A DNA stretch of 64,000 bases. It comes from Balanoglossus misakiensis. Taxonomy: Eukaryota > Animalia > Hemichordata. Position numbers and translations under genes: made by a program. Positions 14,601 to 27,040 of this stretch are shown piece by piece. Position 1 is the first letter of the stretch; each line of letters opens with the position of its first letter. Below the pieces are notes generated by a model. It worked only from the letters and a program-made list of their open reading frames with translations. It did not search any database and was not told where the DNA came from. Location: contig CM082580.2 in assembly GCA_040954595.2 (NCBI GenBank), positions 14,024,289 to 14,088,288 on the forward strand, read 5' to 3'.

Positions 14601-17600
14601 TAAAGAGAAGAAAAGAGATGCGACCAACTTTTCGACAAACCTGCGGCTTTAAAAATCATACTGATACAAGGATTCGTGACCTCATTTCAGATAATTCTTT
14701 AAAATGTTCCATTTATAGGTGCAATATGGGACAGCGAACATAATCCCTCTCAAAACACTTGTGAATACCTGTGATACAGCATTATCCATCGTAATTCGAA
14801 ACATATCTGGAATTTCTGTACTCGTTAGTGTTATTGTAACACCCCACACAGGTAGGCCTAAAGGGAGAATTTTTAGTCATTTGCAAGATGTGAGGGTTGG
14901 AACTGCACTCACGTCATGATTAACAAACACTTTGAGATCTGGCTGAGCCAAATCCCGACATTTGAAGAGCTGTTAGGAAGTTAGAACACAAGCGCACGTC
15001 GAATTGAAAAACCTAATTTGACGACATTAAGGTGGCATGATTGGTTACGTATGTGTCAATCACTTGAAAAGAAAGACTGTCGCGACCGGGACATTGTAAT
15101 CCAAGCTTCGTCTTTTGAAACGTTTTATAGCAAGCTCTTAAAATAATATCCAGTTTCATACGGAACAAATGCCGTCTCAAGAGTAATTAAAATTTAGCCG
15201 AAAATGACTGTAATGCATGTAATCCGAGAAATTTTCTATAGGTTTGAAAAAAAAATCGACTTTTAATGAGCGACCCAGGTAATTTCTATGTATTTGGTGT
15301 TAAATTCTAGCCATAATTTACACGTGTTGCGCTTCCATATGACTAGTCATTTCTCCCTCTGGAGACTTATTTACAGAGACAGCTTCTGGGTGAAACTGTC
15401 TGATGTTATACTATGTAGTGGAAACAAAACACATGAACATTGTTCAAATCGAGAAGGTATGCAGCTTATCCTCCATTTTAATCGAAGCCATATCTCGAAA
15501 CGAGAATTGTAAAGGTTACATGCAGCGTAAGGTACACTTTAGCAACCAACCAGACAGGAACATTTCATCGGTGAAGCGCGATCATATCTGTCTCCATGGT
15601 GTAAACAGGGTGCTCTCTACTGCCTAAATAGTGCCATTAACTTTATTGATTGGTCAGTTTAGCTAGAAAGCTTCTCTTCCTGTCACTCGATTCATTTAAA
15701 CGTTCAAATTGTATTAGTCTCATGAGAATGTGAAGGGAGCCTCAGACATTAGTGCTGTGCGGTAAACCTGGAGAGTGAACACTAACAGGATGGTTCTATC
15801 CCGTCCCTGAGATCTCGGAAATGGTCGCGCGCTTAAATGTTTTGCTGATCACGTCGCTTCTAGAAAAGTGCCTAGAAGATTTCAGATATTACACAGGATT
15901 GTACTACAGACATTCGGCGTCTGGTTTTGTTTTGTGAACTGATAATAGTGAGGATGTATCTTTTTAACAAAGAGTCAGGTTAAGTTTTGATTTGCAACGT
16001 GTTAGGATTAACTTTTCTAATTCTACCGTAGATAATTTGAATTGCTTCTTTCATCAATTTTCCCAAACAGATAGTGACTCAATTCGTCATTGCACGAAAT
16101 CGAATATTATCATCTACATTTTGCAAATAACTGCAGGTACATACAGGATTTGACCAAGAACCTGTCAACGCTGACAAAAGTCCCTATATGAACAGGCTTG
16201 GACTTTAGACTTTTAAGAAAGCTGCATTACTTTGCGCAGCAGGTTTAAACCACATAAATATAACTTATCTACAACATAAGAAACATGGTTATAGCTGTCA
16301 TCATGTATATAATACCCGCAAAGAATATAAAACACGACTCAAGCTTACAGCTATCTGCCATTATTAGAGACATACTTATTTGTCCTGTCACGCTCTACAT
16401 GTAAAATATAATGTGAGTAATTGCTGTAGATTTTTGTTTGCTTGGATTCCCTTCTGTCCTTTTGAACGATACTTTCTGAAATGATGGACAGTGCATCCGA
16501 GACAAATATGATGGTGATTTATGTTGACCGGAAAACGTTGGGTGCAAGACAGTCACTGTTATCATAGCAGTTTTTCATGTTTTACTTACGTGTTTGGATT
16601 GAAATGAAAGAGCTCAAACCCAAATGAAAATTGATCACTGTATTCCAAATTACAAATAAGTGAAATATATAGATTTGATAGATAGTTAAGTTCAAAAAGT
16701 AAACTTGACACAAATTAGGTGTAGCACTGCATCATGCATGTAGTAAGGATAAGAGACACACCGGAGATGGGTCGTCTTAAACGCACAGTGAATAGTAAAC
16801 ATCACAGTAAAAACACTGAATAATGATTTTCCAACACTCGAGGTTTCCATAGCAACAGTGAAATCAGAAGGAAGGGAAAAGGACTCCCTAAGAAAAGGAA
16901 TAATAGTCCTCGTGTATATATTCCTGGCATTTAAAATTATTTGATTATCAGTGAGAAGGTATGCCCATTGGGGGTCAAATTAAATTGTAATCACGCACAA
17001 GTATAATTCCCGAAAGCCCCAGAGAAAACAAAGCCTAAAGCAAGAATGACACATGTAATTGACAGAGTACTTTGGAAAGTAGTGGCTTGTAGTTACTGAT
17101 GGTCAGTTTTGAATTCGAGAAAAGATTATTACTCAAACACATATCGTGTTCTTTTTTTATCTAATACATATTTGGCAGTCTTCTATCTTTTACTGCAGAT
17201 TGTATAACAGGCAACGGAAGTCAAATGAATAAATCTTTAACTATAATGAGTGAAATTATATGCGTGTCTAGTGAAGTCATGGGTTTTATCAGCGCATGAA
17301 AGTGTAACAGGGCAAAATGCACTTATGTGAGTATATAGCACAGTAACATTATCACGTAGAAACATGGATGAAGCATTTCTTTGTAAACTCTCATTGTCAC
17401 TGTTATCTGCTAAACCCTGATAGATTGACTGTACTTAAAACCTCAGTCCCTGCTATTACATTCCCAATCAACGTACAGTAAACCACTGTTACCAACGCTA
17501 CATGATTTTATAACTTTACCATGTATAAGGTGAACAACAACGGTATACAAGTGAGATATTGCAATTAGTCAGAATGTTTTTGTAGCAAGGTCTCAAGATG

Positions 17601-20600
17601 GCGGGCTTCCCTTAGAATTTACTTGCGGCATTATATGATTTCTATAACTTATATTACCTTCAGACGACGGGAAAAGAGATATCTTGACAATTCACGTCTT
17701 AGCCAAACATTTGTGCTGTCGTCTGTATTACTCTGTGACGTGACATTTTGCTAAATTGCTCCAACCTATAACTGTTGGCTACTTATAGTACATGGAAATA
17801 TAACGAGATGTTTGACAGCTTCGGCATTCATGTATGGACCGGAACTTTTGTCTGATTTTTAGAATCCATGCCTATGTGAGATCAATGAACCTTCCAGTGC
17901 CAATCACACTTACAGCAATGATCTCTTAGTTGAGGTAATATCACACATAAGCTTTCATACCTGTATGCTAAGACTTTCTTTCACAGTACGATGTTTTTTT
18001 TATCAAGGACGTTTCGCGGAGGTTATGCAGAAATGTCTTTATTGCGTTCCGTGTTGCGTCAAATGAGATAAGTATTATAAAAACCCCGCTTTATAACTCT
18101 GGGCACATCCTTAGCGCCCCCCTCTCTCCTTCTATACGAATAGTATCTTTATCATATTTGGATTACCTTTATCGACGAAATGGCATTTCTCTTATCGTTA
18201 TTAAATCTTAATTGAAGAGCATAATCTTACATCACTATTAAACGTGTGCGTCATTGGCAACGCCTCATTGGTATGCAAGCGTCGTAATTGAAGAATGCCC
18301 CTGGGAGAAAATGTCAACCTGTATATTTTAATACTGAAGCAGATGGACTAAGAGTTCTTCACATACATTACATTTTGAAACAGACTTCGAGATGGTTTAC
18401 ATGGAATACTTCAAGCTCAACTAGGGAGAGGAATTGGTTGTTGACTCTATTTGTGATGATTGGAACACTTTTTTAACTTTTGTACGATGTCAGAATCCGG
18501 GCATTATTACGCCTGGCATTGATATGCAGTAAGACCACTGCTGTTAATGCGTAAAAAAGCTTCCCCTTAGAATTCAAATCTCCCTTTCTCATATTTGAAA
18601 GACTGTTGTGCACAAACAGACTTGTGGTTTTGTACGTGTTGGTGTTTTTGTAACTGAGACAAGCTTGTAGTCCACATTTGCTAAGCCAGACATAATCCAC
18701 CAGCTACGTCAAGGAAGTTAATCAAGCAACCACGAATACCACTAGGACGATTACAAATTGATATCCGAGCAGTCTTTGAGGAGATAGTATCGGACAGCAA
18801 TAAAAAGATTGCAATCAGAGACCGCCCAATGAGAACTGCTATATCAAGATATACCGGTACGCCGTGCTATAGGAAATTCAACCCCGTGAGAGAATCAAAA
18901 TCTGTCGTAACATCAGTTTTCAATCTTAGTATCATCGGATATTCCAATGCCTGATCCAATCTGCATCCTGTACGCGTATTCCCATAAGATATCTGCCAAA
19001 GGCTGTAATTCCCACGGATTTCACTGATACATGCTAACAGAACCTGTCATAGTTTTGGCAAACCGGCTTGTAAAGTTCAAACCACAGCACATTGATCAAG
19101 TTTCTTTCCTGTGCGTGAATTGTATGTCGTGTTGATATTTCTCTGTTTGTTGCCCTTTCGGTCTTATGTATCATTACTGTTGAACAGACTTTTCGCTGTT
19201 ATTGTTTTATACTCAGTAAAATTACTAGACACGCATGGAACGTTTGCGAAAAATACGCCTGTGAAACATGGAACATTGTCACAAACTTTTGACGCTTTCT
19301 CAGTGTAACATTCATAAATACGAGTTGTAGAAACCTCTGTGTGAATGAAGAAACACACATCATGTCTGTGGAATAGAAAATACCAAACTGGAAAATGACA
19401 AATCAGGGAAAAAAGACAATTCCACCTTTGGTAAAGCTGAGAATCCCATGCCCCAAATGAAAATGCCAGTCACGTGACAATTAGAATACACGTTGAGATT
19501 TGAAGACGAGTCCTCGATACATGTTGTCCTCATTGATGCCATTAATCATAACAATAATTGAACATGACAAGCAAACAAATCAAACCTCTTATGATTAAAA
19601 TATGTCGTGCAAAGGTATAATTGATCAGACTATGTACTCTATTTCAAATATCGTTAATCATATCTTACATTATTATATGTATTTGTAGTCCAGACTGTAT
19701 CAATATGTCTATTGTGACGCATGGTGCTGCACGATTTGAGATGAGCAAGATTGACGGAAAGTTCTGATTTCTATTTCAAAGGATAGACAGACAGAAAAGA
19801 TATAGCATTTGTCACTTTGTTCGTATTTAATCAGATATGTATCATTGAGTGTTCGTATTTATTCAGATATGTATCATTGAGCTCATACGGCACAATTTCG
19901 TATGTTCTGCAAAACAGTTCCATTAGAAATATTTGACGTCACGGTTGCTATTGGCGACGTTTTGTTATAAGAGTGGCTGTCGAAACTTTTGAACCGTGTA
20001 CTGCATGTGGGATTGCAGGCATCTACCTTAACACAGATGTCTATATGTATATCACAGGCCATAGGGTTGTGAGATGACCTCAACATGGAGAGAATTTTGC
20101 TATGTGCATGTGTATTATACTACACTTGTCGATGTCTTATTTACAGGTCTTTGAACGCATATTTTACATCCGGTTGCCATCACAATGGATCGCGTACCAT
20201 GCTCAAAAGGCTATCAATAACAAGAACATTTGAATTCAACTTATAAACACAGACAGACGAAACTAATCCTTGCTATTAAAGGATTATTCATCGCAAAACC
20301 AGCGAATTATCAATCTTAAAGTAAATACTAAATCATGTGTTTGACCCCTGTTTAGTTTTCAATGGCACCGTGGTTTGCCGAACAACCCCGTGTAATTATC
20401 GAACACATTCATCATAACCGTCGAACGGTAACTGCCAGCTGGGAGACCAACAATTTGCCCTTTTCCATTTCCTCACTAAATCATCAGCGGTATTATACGC
20501 CCGAGTAAACCACGGGAAATTGAAGTAATTTATGCGCTGTATTCAGCTACATACTTCATCAATTAAGGTCACTTGCAACAGCCATGACCCTCTGTTTAAG

Positions 20601-23600
20601 AGGAGGTACCCAGAGTCTACTACACCAGTAAAAGATGGGTGAATACATAATCAGTTATTAGCGGTGTAAACCAATACCCTTTCACCGGGTAACCAAGCGC
20701 TGTCAGACAACACGCCAAGAACAAATTATTGCTTCTGGTATCATTAACAAAAGTGCGAAGGTGCGTCGACAAATCATCTGATGTATGTTTCTTGTTCGTT
20801 CAATCCTTAGTTTGATTAATATTATTTGTTTGATTAATGACTTAACATCGACACGTTGTTTTATGTTCTTTGTTTAATTGATTTTTGTTCAGGGTCCCCA
20901 CTTGAATTAATACCATACACCACTCAATGGATTAAAATTTAGAGATACAGGTTCTGTAAGCATATGCTCATTATACGATGACAAGTTGATGATTAGGATG
21001 GCTTGACAAAAGACTTGTTTCAGACTTTGAATGTTGGACTAGATCGTATCGTAACAATACCACAGTATGATAAAAACACCCCCACAGTCGAACATAGGAA
21101 TGAGTTCTTGAAGCCTAAAACTATCCCTTTTCGTGACATCAGACTGGATTAAAAACTAGTTCACCTTTTCATTTCCTTTACACGCGCTTGCACTTGTTTC
21201 TTCAAGTTGTCTATCGCCGCTCTCTTCAATCAATTAATTACCCTTCTTTGCAGTATAATCACGTCCCATCCGTAAAGGAATATGCTATTGGAAATACCTC
21301 GACAGTAAAACAAATAGCACGCTGAACAGAAAAGAGCCACACTGTCTATTTTAACGATTTCAAAGATGGATACACACAATTTAACCAAATGTTACGAGAA
21401 AACGTGACCATAGATAATTTTGAGCAGTAACGTTTCTTCGTAGATGATGGTAAGAAGTTCTCAACCTTTTCCGAGCCTGTACATATCATGCCAAATATAG
21501 GAAATAACCGGCTGGCAGGTTTTCTCAACCAGATTGTGCCTATTTTCGTTCTCTTCATTGTGCATAGTAAAGATGTAACCTAAGGAGCCTTGCTTTTCAA
21601 TCGATGATGTTTACTATGTTCACAAGCAGAAAACCAGTATCAACGGGTCGGTAAAAAACGGTACCATACACTGTACATGTATCTGTTCTTATCGTGGAGA
21701 CAAGTAAAGTGATACATGTATATACCCAGTGCAACTGCAATCAATATTGACTGACTGGATGTGGTACTTGTACAAGACGCCATGTCTGTACGCGCATGAC
21801 ATACGAATTATGTCATCTGTGCTGCTATGGTTTCATGACAACATAGCTGGTGTTTCTGTCAAAACAATAACGTAAATGCTGACTGTTAAAAGGACATATA
21901 TTGGCACTCTATTTTCACGTGTGTCACCCACTGAATATCTGTGATTGGCTAGATCTCAATTTCCCATGATAGCTCAATTTCCATAGGTGACCTTATGACT
22001 TTAACAGGGGCATGTTGGTGGTCCTGGACCTTTTTAAAGAACGATTATCAGTTTAAATATGCAAATTAACATTTAACAAAAATATAACAGTAATGTGTCG
22101 GTTATTCCTTTCGAGACACGGACTGATCGAAATGTGCCGATTTTCCTATACGTGTGGAACCTGGCAATAAATCTGTTGAAGCGCGCACATGCCTTATCAG
22201 TTACAAGCCAATTACTTCGATTTGACCAGAAGCATCATCTAATTTCAAGTGACAACAAACACTTTGATTCGAACACAGCTTGTATTTCAAAGATACAATC
22301 TCACTGTTTGCTGAGCGATGGTATCATTTCCAACTACGTAAGACCTTCAATCAGCCTTGTTAGTGGTGTGCTCAATGGCCTTGCGTGGATATCATCTTGT
22401 TTGCGAAATGGAAGTTCACGACCAGCGTCTTTTCATTCCAATCGATTCATGGTCTGTCGTTAAATGGCCAATATTGATGCGTTACAAGACACTGGCCTTA
22501 ACGCCTAAGCCTTAACATGTACCCTTGGATTTGACACAACCAATCCCCCGGTAGTTTGGATCGTTGAACAGTATAATGAAGCTGGCATTGTGGAACTCAG
22601 TCTATCGTTCATTATCGTGGCTATTCCGCTGTGGTTTGGTCTGTGTTTCCACACTACACCGCCTTCGGTGTGCAATTATCATACATATAGGTCTGAGTGT
22701 GAGACAGGACAATGTACGATTGCAATTCGATTATCCAATATTCATCATTACTCAGGATTGCAGTCTTGTTTTCGGGAATACTGGAACATAGAGAAGTCTT
22801 CTACAGCCACGCCCTGTTTTGCATCCCTCTCCCGTTCTAGTCTCTCATCCACGTCACCGTGTACATGATACAACAATTTAAACTTATGGTCACTATTCAG
22901 ATACAGGGCATATTAAATAATACACATACATATATAACCAAGGTAACTTTAAAGGCATTTGAACTGATCAGAAGTAGAAGTACCAATGATGATTCTTTTG
23001 ATAGAATAACCCAGATTTGTCTCCATTCTCTTCCCCCAACAGGCTCGTACTGCCCGAGAACATGGACGATGAATCAAATGCTGTGTGTCGGTGTCTGTTG
23101 GCCCGTGACACCGCTGAATACAACAGCTGTTGTTCCGTGTCCTCCCTCCAAATGGTGGCCCACCACTACACGTATGTATGTATTTTGTCAAATACATTTG
23201 CATTCAATCCGTGAGAGGATACTGACGCTACCTGCATTGCAATGTTATATGTGTGTCACTCTGATACTTGGTAAATTGTAGACATCAAAATGAAAGTAAA
23301 CTGATCCATCAGTAACAAACAGTTTTTTATAACCTTCTGAACTTTCCTCGTTGCGACAGGTTCTCTCCAGTTGTACTGTCAGCCCAGTGGATTATTTGAA
23401 AACGCCACTTTCGAAAAAGCACTTGCCAGTTGTATCGACAGACTCACCCTGGAGCTCATCAGGGAAGAATTCGGAACATCTCCATCGCCGGAACAAATTC
23501 AGGTGAGAGCAAACCAAGCAATATTCAAGTTTGAATGATAATTTGGCTCTGTCACCAGAAGCAAAGATGGGGCAGTCAGAACACAGTCTTTATGTGTACT

Positions 23601-26271
23601 TCACAAGGTTTGAACTTTCAATTGTCAAAGTTTAACAATTATAGAGAGTGTTATCCAGAGTTACAGTGACAGGACTTTGCCTTTACCAATTTCGTTTGTA
23701 GTTATACCAAGACGTTACCGAGAGTACAAAAATTCTGCAGATCGTTGGTTATTCCATCTCACTTGCCAGCCTTATTATAGCGCTACTTATTTTCTACTCA
23801 TTTAGGTAAGTACAACTTCACTTACTCATTCACGTTTGCATTTCTCCACTTTTGCATTTGAGTGATTACGTAGAGTTCTGAAGGTGAGTGACATTGATAG
23901 GTTGGTGGTTCGGTTGGCAGGTGGATGGGTGTTTGTTTGGAAGGGTGGTTGTATATGTAGGGCGTTAGCTACCTTAGTATGCAGCTTAGGAGTTAAGGGC
24001 AAGGAGAACAAAACACTTGTAAGCCAGCCAACTTGAAAGATCTGGTTGCACATCACTTTTGAATTTCTCTTATTTCGCTGACTACAGGAGTTTAAACTGT
24101 CCGCGAACTCGGATCCATAAGCTGCTGTTCATAGCATACACTGTATGGCTCACTCTCGACGTTATCTTATCAGTGGACCTTACCCAAGATGCCGAGACTT
24201 TCCACGCTGGGTGTGGTTCGGGTCTTCAAGAGAGATCACAGAAAACAATACGTAATACGGTTAGTTGGTACAAATGCGAATATTATAGACACGACCATCC
24301 AAAGACCTTGGTCACTCCACAGATCATAAATAAACACTGATTATTGTGGGTAATTTTTGGTTAAACTTTGACCGTCTGCATGCTAGTACAGGCATGATGC
24401 ATGAGAAATCACTCCTGCAATAATGACTTAGACACGCTACAGAACTGAAATCAAAAAGCATAACCATGAATACTGGTTTCCGAACATCTGGTCCTGTGTT
24501 TATTTGCTTTTTTTTCCCTCGACAGCCGATACTGTGTGAAACGTTTGAAGTTCTTCGAGAATATACGAGATTTTGCGTGTTCTCGTGGAACTTTGTGGAA
24601 GGTCTTTATCTGCATAGAATGGTCACGGCTGCGGTGTTTCGTAAACCTAATTTCAAGTTATACTACGCAGTTGGCTGGGGTAAGTCGATGTCTTTACAAA
24701 CTCATTTGGCTTATCTTCCTTTATCTAAAAAATTCTTATGTTCTTTAATGATAATTCTCCAGTTAACGAATAAGCAAACGTGAACAGACTGGATCGTATA
24801 GAATAGTCACTTTACTTGTGTATTTTATTATCATTTCAAGTAATAATTTCTTATTATATTGTAATTTTTCTTTACTTTCGACAGTTTTGGCGATATTTCC
24901 TGTGTTAGGATGGGCTGTGGCTATGCATTACACGAGTGATCAACAGTGAGTTTCCATTTTTTTAGTTCCAATTTTCGCACCCGGTAGCTAATGTTATATC
25001 GATTTCTGTCTACAAAACTCGTTAAAGCCCCACTGTATGAATGTTTACATGGACACTGTATTACACCATTGTTTGTTTATTTATTCTCTGCAGATGCTGG
25101 CTTGGTTACAATTACTCGCCTTACTATTGGATAATTGAAGCTCCTCGAAACATAATCTTGTTTGTGAGTACACATATTTGATTGTCCACTTTTGGCTGCA
25201 CTCAGCGTTGACATGACAGAAATGACACGTGCAACTAGTTTGGGCCGTTGATAGGCGCGGTGTCACATTCTTCAAAACTAACTAAAACCTGTTTCTTTCT
25301 GGTATTTTGGACAGGTACGTGCTATATACAGGCAGCTCAACTAATTGTGTGTGTATTTGTCTTCCTTGTACAGATCAATCTCATTTTCCTGATTAATATC
25401 GTTCGGGTTCTGGTGACAAAAATGAGAGAAACAAACACAACAGATGCCATGCAAGTTAAGTAAGTCAAGGCTGTTGCCATTATTAAGTTGTTGGGGAAAA
25501 ATCGCTCATGACCTATGGATGGGCCTTATCGCAACACAGAACATCAGTGACCGCTTATGGCCAGTTGTACTTCTCATATACACATATTAATAAAAATTAT
25601 ATCTGACTTAATGATACTTGCTAATAAATATGCCTCAAATATTGTAATATGAACATTTGGTTTATACTTGTTTGTTTGTTTATTTACAGGAAAGCTGCAA
25701 AGGCGGCAATAGTGTTAGTTCCTCTACTGGGTGTTATAAATCTGTTATTTCTACCCGGAAAACCAGACTCGACGGATCCTGCATGGCTTATCTATCTCTA
25801 TTTCTATGCCACAAGTGTCTTAATCACCTTCCAAGGATTTGTCTGCGCTCTCATATTCTGCTTCTTCAATGGCGAGGTTTGGAAATTCTTATCTTGTTTG
25901 TCTGTTGTTTTCTGGACTTAAGATGTATCGAATTGCAACATCTGTTTTCTTTGAATGTGTCTGTTTAAAGCAACTGTAAAACATGTTTTGTAGGTTCAGC
26001 AAGCGATCAAGAGAAAGTGGGTAGGATGGCGCGAATCACGAAATCCACAGTCGAGGAGAGGGACAACATCCACAAACACTTGTACATCAGAGGTAAACAA
26101 ACTTTCATTTTTTTAAAAACAACATGCAATCCAGACATGTGTTTTTCTGAGAGTATACAGTGCATTCGTCCGGGACCTCGGCATTTTCAGTCACTTCGTC
26201 CGTCTGGGTTCGTCGTATCACAGACCGTCTCCCAGTTTGGTATCACTTCATCAAAATCCACAGAAGTTTAG
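11629..26271 (+). CDS. PDFR: Multi-exon class B1 (secretin-family) GPCR, PDF-receptor-like; join(11629-11698,23043-23171,23360-23502,23702-23805,24088-24259,24526-24679,24885-24945,25094-25163,25374-25459,25690-25876,25994-26092,26191-26271), about 451 aa
   Basis: All introns are GT-AG and the phases chain without stops (1356 nt). Class B motifs present: CPRTW..CWP..CP ectodomain, GYSISL (TM1), RTRIHK (TM2), NTPILCE..EY..VEGLYLH (TM3), CWLGYNYSPYYWIIEAPR (ECL2/TM5), INLIFLINIVRVLVTK, KAAIVLVPLLG (TM6), FQGFV..FCFFNGEV (TM7/H8). NTPILCE, EGLYLH.MVT.AVF, CW.GYN..PY.WI.E.PR and AAIVL.PLLG match my recollection of PDF receptors. The first and last exons are less certain than the 7TM core. Confidence 0.85.
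19818..19881. repeat. 32-bp tandem duplication (2 copies, 1 mismatch)
   Basis: TGTTCGTATTTA(A/T)TCAGATATGTATCATTGAG twice. Confidence 0.9.
23043..23171 (+). CDS. PDFR-like ectodomain exon (SYCPRTWTMNQMLCVGVCWPVTPLNTTAVVPCPPSKWWPTTT)
   Basis: Acceptor ttcccccaacag|, donor c|gtatgt; class B hormone-receptor-domain pattern C-x3-W...C-W-P...P-C-P. Confidence 0.88.
23360..23502 (+). CDS. PDFR-like ectodomain/stalk exon (RSLQLYCQPSGLFENATFEKALASCIDRLTLELIREEFGTSPSPEQIQ)
   Basis: Acceptor ttgcgacag|, donor cag|gtgag; open in the required phase and supplies the last two canonical ectodomain Cys. Confidence 0.85.
23702..23805 (+). CDS. PDFR-like TM1 exon (LYQDVTESTKILQIVGYSISLASLIIALLIFYSFR)
   Basis: Acceptor tttgtag|, donor ag|gtaagt; canonical class B TM1 GYSxSL..L..A..I...FR. 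Confidence 0.92.
24088..24259 (+). CDS. PDFR-like ICL1/TM2/ECL1 exon (SLNCPRTRIHKLLF...KTIRNT)
   Basis: Acceptor actacag|, donor acg|gttagt; LxCxRxxIH motif. Confidence 0.92.
24526..24679 (+). CDS. PDFR-like TM3/ICL2 exon (PILCETFEVLREYTRFCVFSWNFVEGLYLHRMVTAAVFRKPNFKLYYAVGW)
   Basis: Acceptor ccctcgacag|, donor g|gtaagt; TM3 Cys and WxxVEGLYLH motif. Confidence 0.93.
24885..24945 (+). CDS. PDFR-like TM4 exon (VLAIFPVLGWAVAMHYTSDQ)
   Basis: Acceptor tttcgacag|, donor ca|gtgagt; phases 1 and 2 fit the neighbouring exons. Confidence 0.88.
25094..25163 (+). CDS. PDFR-like ECL2/TM5 exon (CWLGYNYSPYYWIIEAPRNIILF)
   Basis: Acceptor tctctgcag|, donor ttt|gtgagt; CW...WI..P motif. Confidence 0.92.
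25374..25459 (+). CDS. PDFR-like TM5/ICL3 exon (INLIFLINIVRVLVTKMRETNTTDAMQVK)
   Basis: Acceptor ttgtacag|, donor aa|gtaagt; NxxFLxNIVRVLxTK motif. Confidence 0.93.
25690..25876 (+). CDS. PDFR-like TM6/TM7 exon (KAAKAAIVLVPLLG...FQGFVCALIFCFFNGE)
   Basis: Acceptor tatttacag|, donor gag|gtttg; PLLG, QG and CFxNGEV motifs. Confidence 0.93.
25994..26092 (+). CDS. PDFR-like helix 8 / C-tail exon (VQQAIKRKWVGWRESRNPQSRRGTTSTNTCTSE)
   Basis: Acceptor ttttgtag|, donor gag|gtaaac; EVxxxIKRxW helix-8 pattern. Confidence 0.88.
26191..26271 (+). CDS. Probable terminal coding exon of the PDFR-like gene (SLRPSGFVVSQTVSQFGITSSKSTEV*)
   Basis: Phase-0 acceptor cattttcag|26191 (an alternative in-frame AG precedes 26161); Ser/Thr-rich tail ending in the class I PDZ-type motif STEV then TAG. 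Confidence 0.55.
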   Translation, partial: SLRPSGFVVSQTVSQFGITSSKSTEV

Positions 26272-26980
26272 CTCATTCCAAGACAGACAGGAAGACTGAC
26301 AGTAACATTCGCCATGTACAATAACTTACTATATATTCAATCCAATCTATTTCTGTAATAGACACAATTAACTGACATAAAACCGTGAAGTCAGTTCATC
26401 GCTATCTATCTCTCACACCTTTTAAAACTTTCTGCTTTCCTATTCTTTTCTCCCGCTGTTGGAATAGACCAAGCTGCGAAATTGAAAATCTGCGAATCTT
26501 TGTACTTCTATCCTTGCCCCAGTAGGGCAGTGCAACCTGGCTCTCTTTGAAATTTCGTATTCCCTTGTTGTCTTGAGTGAAAGCAGCGAAGACTTTGCAT
26601 ACACAAGCATTATTGAATTTTCTATCGCATTTGTCGCTTACATTGCTTCTGGGGATGCACTGATACTTTTCATTCCCTCAAAGGTATTTACATGTCTGAT
26701 AGTGGATATCTGGAGACACTGCTCTCAGTTCTGACGCCAGTGTTACTCGTGTCTGTGTTGCGGTTATATTGCGAAATTGAACGTCCGCGATGACGCAAGA
26801 TAAATTTCTCTATTTGTGTAGAGTTCTCAGAAGCATTCATTCGGGTTATTCATATTGCCAAGACAAGCAAATGTGAATTGCCCTACAAGCGTCATTCAGA
26901 TGCTTTGATTTTTGTTAACTTTTTGTGATGCCGACTTCTTTGATTTTGATCTTCTTGGATCGCCTGCTTCCTTTCTGTAG

Positions 26981-27040
26981 TTTAACGGAAGGATTCATCT
27001 GCCCTCTCGCTCTCCTTCTTGGAAAGAAAATTTACAATAT
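26981..27040 (+). CDS. Candidate alternative C-tail exon (FNGRIHLPSRSPSWKENLQY)
   Basis: Strong acceptor cttcctttctgtag| and donor tat|gtaagt; 60 nt, phase 0-0, open. No homology support. Confidence 0.3.

Noticed and set aside
22590-22868. Hydrophobic, Cys-containing ORF as the missing signal-peptide exon or a secreted peptide
   Set aside because: GTG start, no convincing in-phase donor to 23043, and it lies downstream of the exon carrying the first ectodomain Cys.
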